A DNA stretch of 64,000 bases from Bythopirellula sp. (GTDB lineage Bacteria; Planctomycetota; Planctomycetia; Pirellulales; Lacipirellulaceae). The stretch lies in the NCBI GenBank assembly GCA_965216565.1, contig OZ244170.1, positions 3,200,001 through 3,264,000 of the forward strand, given 5' to 3'. The notes under the pieces are model-generated. The model ran no database searches. It saw only the letters and a program-made list of their open reading frames with translations, and was not told where the DNA came from. Both the position numbers and the translations under genes were made by a program. Shown here in pieces: positions 1-9,000 of this stretch (the first letter of the stretch is position 1; each line of letters opens with the position of its first letter).

Positions 1-2
1 AA

Positions 3-3000
3 GGAGACGCTAGCGTTGGAGGTGATAAGGTAGCCCAATCCAAGTTTAGTGAAATCTCCCTGTACGATGTTCCGACTGGCTACGACGGGACTTTCCAGAT
101 TCCGACCAATGCTACTGAAATAGTTTTTGATAGTTTTACAACACCCGATGGGATCGACATCAAGTCGCTAGACATTCCCAACTATCAGGTTACAGAAAAT
201 ACAGTCTTAGAATTTGACTTTCGTGGCTTAGCACCTGGACCGGGTTCTTCGCACTCTATAGGCGTTGGAGCGACTATAGATTCCGAATTTGAGACAATAT
301 ATACATTAGATCTACCCAGCATTGATGGTAGTTCAAGCCAGACTCAGACAGTCAACCTAGGAACAGAACTCGAAATTCCGAACGGTTCATTCTTAGATAT
401 CAGCCATCTTGTCTTTACAAACATCGGTAGTACGGGTGACCCTGGACCAGCACAACCCACTACCAGTTACTTCAGTAATATTTCGCTATATGAAGCTCCA
501 CTCGGCACAGCCACAATCCAATCGAATAATCCACACAACAGGATCAAACTCACAGGGTCAGTATCAAAGTCCCTAGATATCACGGATCACGACATCACTG
601 AGAGTACTGTCCTGAGATTTGATTTCAAGAGCAACACCGAAGGTGCGCTCCATCTACTAGGTTGGGATACCAACAACACTTTTCAACAAGGATATCCTGA
701 CGCTGACGTCTTCGCCCTCTACGGCGATGACGTAGTTGGAACGCCTGCATACGATGGGACAGGTTGGGAACCGATAGCGATTCACCTTTACGGGGAGGAC
801 CCGTCTTCTCTCGGGAAAATCATCTCCCACCTCTTCTTCACTATGGACGGTGGTGCTGCCGGGTTAACAGCCGATAGTTTCTTCAGAAATATTCGCTTTG
901 AAGAGCTAGAAGAGATTGATTTAGATGGCTCGAAACAGGTAAATCCAAACGGCTCTACTCACGAACTTCAACTGACCGGAACCACCGCAGAAACATTGGT
1001 CGTCCCGGGTGGTTACACGATTACGCCCCATACGGTACTGCAGTTCGAATTCAGCAGCAACAGCCAAGGAGAGATGCATAGGATCGGTTGGGATACAAAC
1101 GGAACTTATTCTGAGGCTACTGATTCGCCCCGCCTCTATCCCGTATTCGGCAACCAAGCTTCAAGTTTGTACCCAGGCCTCAATGGAACCGCCTACAACT
1201 TCTATGACAGTATTGGCACCGATACGATTCAAATTCCAATCGGAAGCATTGTGTTCGATGGTGAGCCTAATCCGGTGGATCAAGTCATTTCTCGACTCAT
1301 ATTTACTGTTGAAGGAAACTCACTAGGGAGCAGTGCTCAGAGCGTCTTCAAGAACGTTAGCTTGACCGAAACTAGTCCCGCTGGTGACTTCTTCGTAGAT
1401 GGTGCGGGTATTCATCTGTTGGGAACTGCTTCAAAATCAGTTGCAGGTACAGGAGTGGGGACTCACACGATTCGAGAAGACTCCTGGCTACTGTTTGATT
1501 TCAGCAGTACCCAACAGGGTGCTTTGCACCAAATCGGCTGGGAATTTGGGGATGCCACGTACGGGCAGAATCCGTCTGATGAGCAACTGTATTCAATCTA
1601 CGGCACCTCAGCCAATAGTGGCGGGCTCTATAGTCGTTACAATCCTGGTCCTTCCAATCCTGGCGAAGTTCAAACAATCGCCATTCCTATCGGTCGGATC
1701 CTTGTCAACGGCAACGAGTCTCCGGACGGGAAAAAGCTCAATCGCCTTGTTTTTCGCAGCGTTGAGGGCGATGAAGGAATCGCGACTGAGAGTGTCTTTA
1801 ACAATGTAAGACTGTGGCGGCCAAGCAGCAGTGCAACTATTCATGATTACCCTTGGTTCAGCCTTGAGTTAAATGGTAACTCTGCGAAGACAATCCCTAT
1901 CGGTCACTACAATATAAGTGACAATACGCATCTATTCGTTGACCTCAACGGAGATGTTGAGGGGCTCCACCATGCAATAGGAGTTGATACAGACTCCACC
2001 TACGATGGAATTGAGGCACTTTTCCAGTTAAATGGGATTCCAGACGGCCGCTTCATTCAGATCAATCCCTCTGGCTTCTTCCCCTCCGATATACCACTGG
2101 GCAATCTCATCAATGGTCCAAATGCGGTTAACAATATCGTCTTTTTGAACAAGAGTGGTCCCTCGTCAGAAGACGCAAGAAGTGTCTTTAACGAAGTAAA
2201 GCTCTATGAAAAAATCGGCCCCACCGGCGCGCTATGGAGTAAAAGACTCTCGGTACCCGAGCACAGCCTCTCGGACATCAGCTTTCAGATTGATGGTTCA
2301 GGGGACAAACGTACAAGTCGACTCTACATCGACGGGGTGGGACAGTCCGCACCCTCGCAAAGCATTTGGGTCAGTGCAGGAGATAAGGCCTCGATCAAGG
2401 TAACCAACACCGTGCCGACGGCGTTCGGAATTGGCCAGGATTTCACCAAGACCTACACGCAAAACTACGACGAAGTAATCTCGCTAGGTCTTGATGCCAA
2501 TCAGTTCTCTCGCGACGCCCTGGTAGCTAAGCAGGCCGATTTGCTCGCGGCCTTGCAGAATAACACGGACTTGGCTCACTATCTCAATGACATCGACGAG
2601 CTTCTTTCGCACACAGTCGCCAAGTATTGGTCGGATTTTAATCGCGACAATGCGGCGATTAATCAGATCACGAACACCCTGGGCATTCAAACTCGGGTTG
2701 GCTCTGGCATTGCCAAAGCCAAGAAGAATCTTCTCGTAGACGCGCAGACTGGCGACTTCATCATTGAGCATCTGCCCTACCAAATCGCCCCCGAAGGGAT
2801 GGGCGTCGACCTGCCGAATGGTGTGCACTTTAGTTTGAATCGCTCGATTGGCTCCCTCGCCTCCGAAGCTTTCCAGCTTGTGGGATACAACGCTTCAGCA
2901 CTAGAACATAATATCGTGGAGTCGGAGATTAATAGTGCCAGTGTCTCTACCATACAAGGGCTGCGAAATGCGTACCTTCAAGAATTTGGAGTGGACGATC

Positions 3001-6000
3001 AACACAACTTGATTACGGATGACTCGATACTCGTCTTTGACCGCTTATCCACAGGTGAAGTCCTCTATCGGGGTGAATGGCACAAGGACAGCAGTTTCCC
3101 TAACCAAAGTGTGACAGTTAGTGATCTGGCAAATCTTGAGAGTTATCTAGTCCACCATCGACCGAAATCTGGTGGCTCCAATGAATTTGCAGGTTCGGTA
3201 TGGGCTAACCTGAACGATACAGAGGTTGACGGTGGGATTCGCATCCTAGTGCCAAAAGGCAAAAGCAAGGTCGACCATTGGGTAGGTAGTGTCTATCTGA
3301 GAGAAACTGCGGAATCTGGAACGTACGCTATCGTGAAAGAAGGGGGCGAGATTGCCAATGGCGGGTTTAGTGGTGATGTTTTTAAGACAGTCAACACCCA
3401 GTTGCCGCCCGTCGACTTCAAGTTCCAAACCTTTGCCGGCGACCCGGTCAATATTGCCAATGGCAGTATGTTTCGCGACGAAGTGGATATCGTCTATCCC
3501 AACCTCGGCGTGCCACTCAACTTCGCACGGCATTATGTCTCCAACTCTACAGACGATATTGGCTTGGGTGTTGGCTGGACGCATTCCTTTGGCGACATGC
3601 TGGTACTCGATCCAGAAGACACTTCAACCGGTGATCTGGTTTGGATCACTCCTTCCGGACAGCGGCACAAATTCGTGCCCAACGGTCCCAACTTTGAAGT
3701 TCCATCTGCCCTACATGGCGAATTCATCGATACCGGCACGCTCTACGTCTACAAAGACAAGAGTGGCATGGAGTATCACTTCGAGCAGAAGTCGATCACC
3801 GAGACAAGCTTAAACTCGTTGCAGGTCGTTGGACGCCTCGTGAAACAGATCGACAACATCGGCAACGGAGTGGAGATCGTCTACGTCAACGACTCAACAC
3901 GTCAGATTGGCAGCGTTCGTGATGTACACAACTTTCTCCGACGTCTCGAGATCGAATATGCCACAGACGACCGAATCAGCGCCGTTCATAAGGTCGACTC
4001 CGGATTGATCGGCACCTGGAATTTCACCTCTGAGGAAATCAACGGCACCCAAGCCTCTTCCGATTTCCGACTGACAAAAGTAGAAGCACCACAAGTGAAC
4101 ACGATCGACTCGCAGGGAGCCTCGATCCTTGCCAGTCCAACAGTTCACTACGACTACTACACAACAGGCCCTAGCGTAGGCCTGATCGAAACCATCACCG
4201 AAGCCGATGGCGAAACACACGATTACGAATACTACCCCAATGGCCGCGTATTCCGCGTGAACGACGCCGACGGGGGTGTCGAAAGTTACACCTACAATTT
4301 GTTTAGAAACGTCACCGAATTCACGAATCCCAATGGCAATACAGAGATCTATATTCACCAGGACAATGGTCTGCTAGAGAAACAGATTCACGAAGACCGT
4401 ACAAGGATGGTGCTTACGTGGGGTGAACAGGGAACTGATGCTGAGTACCTGATGAGCTCCAGCACCGATGAAATCGGAGCTACCGAGACTTTCACTTATT
4501 ACGACTCCGGTGATTTCCGCCGCGAACTTCAGCAGTCGACCTCCAAACATTTTCAAAATGCCGATGGCACACCCGTTGATAGCGATGACGTATTCACAAC
4601 CGATTTCACCTACGTCCAACCGCTCGACCGCCAACACATGTTCTTATTGGGACAAACGATTATCGATGCTGGCGACGAGAACATCACTACATCCTTCACA
4701 TACGACAATCTAGGTCGACTAGAAACAACGACCGACGCCCTCGGGAACGTCACCCTTCGTGAATACTACGCAGACGACATTAATCCGACCGATGGATTAC
4801 TCAAATCGGAGACAAGCGCCCGCGGAAATGACTCGGCTGATACGAGTGCTGTGAACGCTGAATATGTGCGGTGGCACGAGCTCAGCTCAAGTTATCAAGT
4901 CAACTCCGACACCCTCTCTGTGCGTTTATCAATGACCAATGACCTTGACGACAACGGCAAGGTCGCTATCGCCGATGCTATTCGACTGGAGCGGATAGAC
5001 GGAGACTTCCCCTATAGCCGCGTCATTGATAACGACGACAATGGCTTGGACCTGGATGGATTCAATGTCACCGGTTCCCTTGGTCCCGATTACTTTTACT
5101 CAACTGGCAATACCTTGGCAGGCATTGAAGGGGACGATACAGGGCTCAAGTCACTCGGGACCAAAGCGACGTGGACTTTCACGAATTTGCAGCCTGGACA
5201 CTACCGCGTACTTACCACCTGGGGAGTTGGAGGCAATCGTTGGCATACTGTTCCCTTTGACATCGTCGACGGCAACGACTTCACCGATTCGTCACGACTC
5301 ACCGTAGACGTCGATCAAACGCTGCATCCCGATGATGTCGCACCTCGGTTCATCACCACCTTCAGTTACGATGCCGCAGGTAATCTCACCCAAGCCAGCA
5401 GAGACGGTCAGCCGACGACCGTCAACGAATACCACCACACGGGTGGCATACTACGCACTACGAGTCCCCCGGATGCTGCGGGGCAGATTGTCGTCAGCGA
5501 AAACAGCTACGACACCCTGGGCCGACTGACCGACACTGAGACGTACCCTGCGAACGATCCCGAGGCGGCACTCGTCAGAAGTTTCGAATACGACGCCGTG
5601 GGGCGGGTGCGGTTTTCGACCGACGAACTGGGACGCATCACCACGCTTGCCTATGACGCACGAGGCAACTTGATCGAACAAATTTCCCCAGACGGTACCT
5701 CGATAGCGTTCGAATACGACGCCAACAGCAATCTCGTCCGCCAGATCGATGAACTGGGGCGAGAGACTCGGTCGAAGTTCGACAGTCGCGACCGATTGAT
5801 CAATACGATCTTCGCCGACGGTGCCAGCGAACATATCCGTTACACCGGCACGGGACAAGTGGCCGGCACAACTGATGCGCTGGACAAAGAAACAGTGTTC
5901 CTTTACGACGCGATCGGTCGGCTTCTCACCACCACAAATGCACACAACTACTCTTTCAGCAATGAGTTTGACAAACTCGGTCGGCTAGTTGCTACTACCG

Positions 6001-9000
6001 ACTACGAAGGCAACCGCACAGAGTTCAATTACGACTCATTGGGTCGGGTTATTAAATCACGCACACTGCCTGCGAACTCCGCGGAACCACTTCTCGCGCT
6101 GACTACCTTTGACTACGACGCCGAAGGTAATGTTATCCGTCAGGCCAGCTACGATACGGTGAACTTTGGGGTAGCCAATTCTATCGACGACCCGAGATCC
6201 CTGATCACCCCTGCAGCGATCGCTGCCAATTCGATTCAACTGATTGAGACCCAGTACGACGTCTTCAATCGACCCATCGAAGTAATCGCCGCCAGTGGTT
6301 CTATCAACCAAGAAGCGAGTAGCAACGTGTACGATCACACAGGACGTGTGGTCTATTCCTACGATGAATTGGGCCGAGTTAGTGAGTTGCGTTACGACCA
6401 ATATGGCCGCCTGCTAGAAACCGTGGCTCCTGACCCGGACGGAACTGGATCGCAGAGTTCACCGATTACCCGTTTCGAATACGATGCAGTGGGCAATCAA
6501 ACCGCGATCATCGACCCCAACGGCAATCGCACCGTGCTCCAATACGACGTCTTCAATCGCGTTGTCAATACAATCGATGCGTTAGGTGGCAAGACGCAAA
6601 CTCTCTATGATACTGCGGGGCAACTTGTAGCCACGGTCGATGCACTGGGCCGAGCTACTTACTCAGTCTTTGACAAACGAGGGAGACTTACAAAAACTCG
6701 GTCGGCCGATCCGGACGGCACCGGGCCTCTGCTCCCTAGCGAGTCGCAATTCGAATACGACGGCGCCGGCAATCTCCTCCGCCAGATCGACCCGCGCGGT
6801 TATGAGACGCATTACGAGTATGACGATCTCCATCGGCTTATAAAAGAGACACGCTCTTACGAGACGATCGTTGACAGTTCCAATTCAGAACATTTCTCAC
6901 TAATCAGAGACAACGGCAGCGCACCGGTCACGACAGGTTATGGCGGGAATGCCGAACTCGTTCAACACGACGACAACCAGCAGAATGCAAACCTACAAAC
7001 TGCCATCGCCGAGTGGAGATTTGAGACACTGCCTGCTGGCAAATATCGCATTCTAGCCACCTGGCCTTCGAGCCCTGGTGGCACCAATGTGCTGACGGTG
7101 CAAACGAATTTCAATGAAGCAGGGTTTACAGCTATTGCAGGAGAATCGTGGGATCAAAGCTCACCGCCCGACGACGTACAACGCACGCTCGATGGAGTGA
7201 CCACCGACTGGGCGATACTAGCAGAAGACATTGAACTCAGTGCGGCCAACAACACTCTTAGACTTCGCCTCCGCTCACAAGCAGGCGAAGACCTACTTGC
7301 CGATGCTATCCGTGTCGAGCGTATCGATACCCGCGAGTATGCCTATGACGACAACGACAACCTCACATCGGAAACCGATACTCTGGGTCGAATAACTTCC
7401 TACACATACGACGAGCTCGATCGAATCAAGACAGTCACCCTGCCCGATCCAGACGGCCCCGCGGGCCTTAGTTCTCCTCAAACAACTACCAACTACGATG
7501 GCTACGGCAACGTGACTGAGACGGTCGAATTTCGCGGTGGCGACAACCGCAAGACCCAGTGGACCTACGACACCCGGAATCGAGTGCTAAGCGAGACGCT
7601 CGACGTCGACGGTGACGCGGAAGTCGCCACCGAATTTACCTACGACGCAGCCGGCAACCTCATCGAGCAGATCGAAGCAGTCGGGGAGGTCAACGCCCGC
7701 ACCGAATACTTCTATGACAATCTCAACCGGCTCCAGGAACAAGTACGCTATCGCTCCGCAGGCGATTTCTACGGTGTCACCACCTTCTATAGCTACGATG
7801 CCAATGGCAATCTCACAGAGTCCGAAGACGAGTATTTCGACCAAAACAATCCGCTAAACTACTTTAAACGTAGAGTCAACTTTACCTACGACGCGCTCAA
7901 TCGAGAGACCAGTACAACCAGACATAACTTACTGCAGTCTGTTAGCCAATACGACGCGGTAGGAAATGTGATTTCGAACACAGACGGCCTAAGACGTACG
8001 ACCACTTTCGCGTACGACCACCTCAATCGCCTTGTCTCCGTCGCCGGTCCCGACCCGGACGGCAACCTTGGCTCGCTCGAAGCTTCCGTCACTACCAGCA
8101 CCTACGACCTATCAGGAAACCTCACCAGCCAAACCAACGGTGAGAACGAAACAGATCCCTTCTTCTACGATCGCAATGGCCGTCTGCTCTCGTCCACAGA
8201 TGGCTTGGGGCATACGGCGCACTTCACTTATGACAGTGAAGGCAATCAGATCGCGTACACCGATCCTACTGGCAACGCAACCACCTACGAGTATGACGCG
8301 CTAAATCGACTCACCAGCGAATCAATCACCCTCGACAGTAATCCTGCAAGCCGCGGTTACGCTTATAGCGATGAAGGTAACTTGGACTCAATCATTGACC
8401 GGAATGGACGGACGCGAACGTTCTACTACGACGGCTTGGATCGTCTCACTGGTGAGTTTTGGTACGACCAGCCCGGTGGTTCGTTGGTCCAAGGCCTTTC
8501 CTGGTCCTACGACAGTTTGGGACGTCTTGAGGTCGACCGAGACATCCATTATGCCTCTGGAGCTTCGCAAGTTAACAACTACGAGTACGATGATCTTGGG
8601 CGAGTCACCGAACATCGCAACTACGATACGTTGCTTGGCTTTTCCTCCGATGCCCCGCGGATTGTGCAGCGGTATCAATATGATTTGATTACCAATAACA
8701 CCATCAGTACCGTCCACTCGCAGCATCTACTGGACAGCCAGGATATCGAGCGGCATCGCGGCACAAGCACGGTCACGTTCGATAGGCAAGGTCGTGTTAC
8801 CAAAATCACCGACGATGCCGACACATCTCGTGGCATCGATGCCAAGCTTTTCGACTTCCACAACGACGCCGCCAACCAAATGACTGGCGTCACCCGCACG
8901 GCCGACGGGAATTCGGTCTTCGACACACTCTACGGATACGACAATGCCGGTCGAGCAGTGAACATCGCCCACCAGCAGGCGGTCGGCCCTCAACTCTCGG

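Noticed and set aside
843..845. ATG 843 as start of the RHS gene
   Set aside because: The frame is open to the window edge and the upstream translation continues the same repeat family, so this Met is internal.
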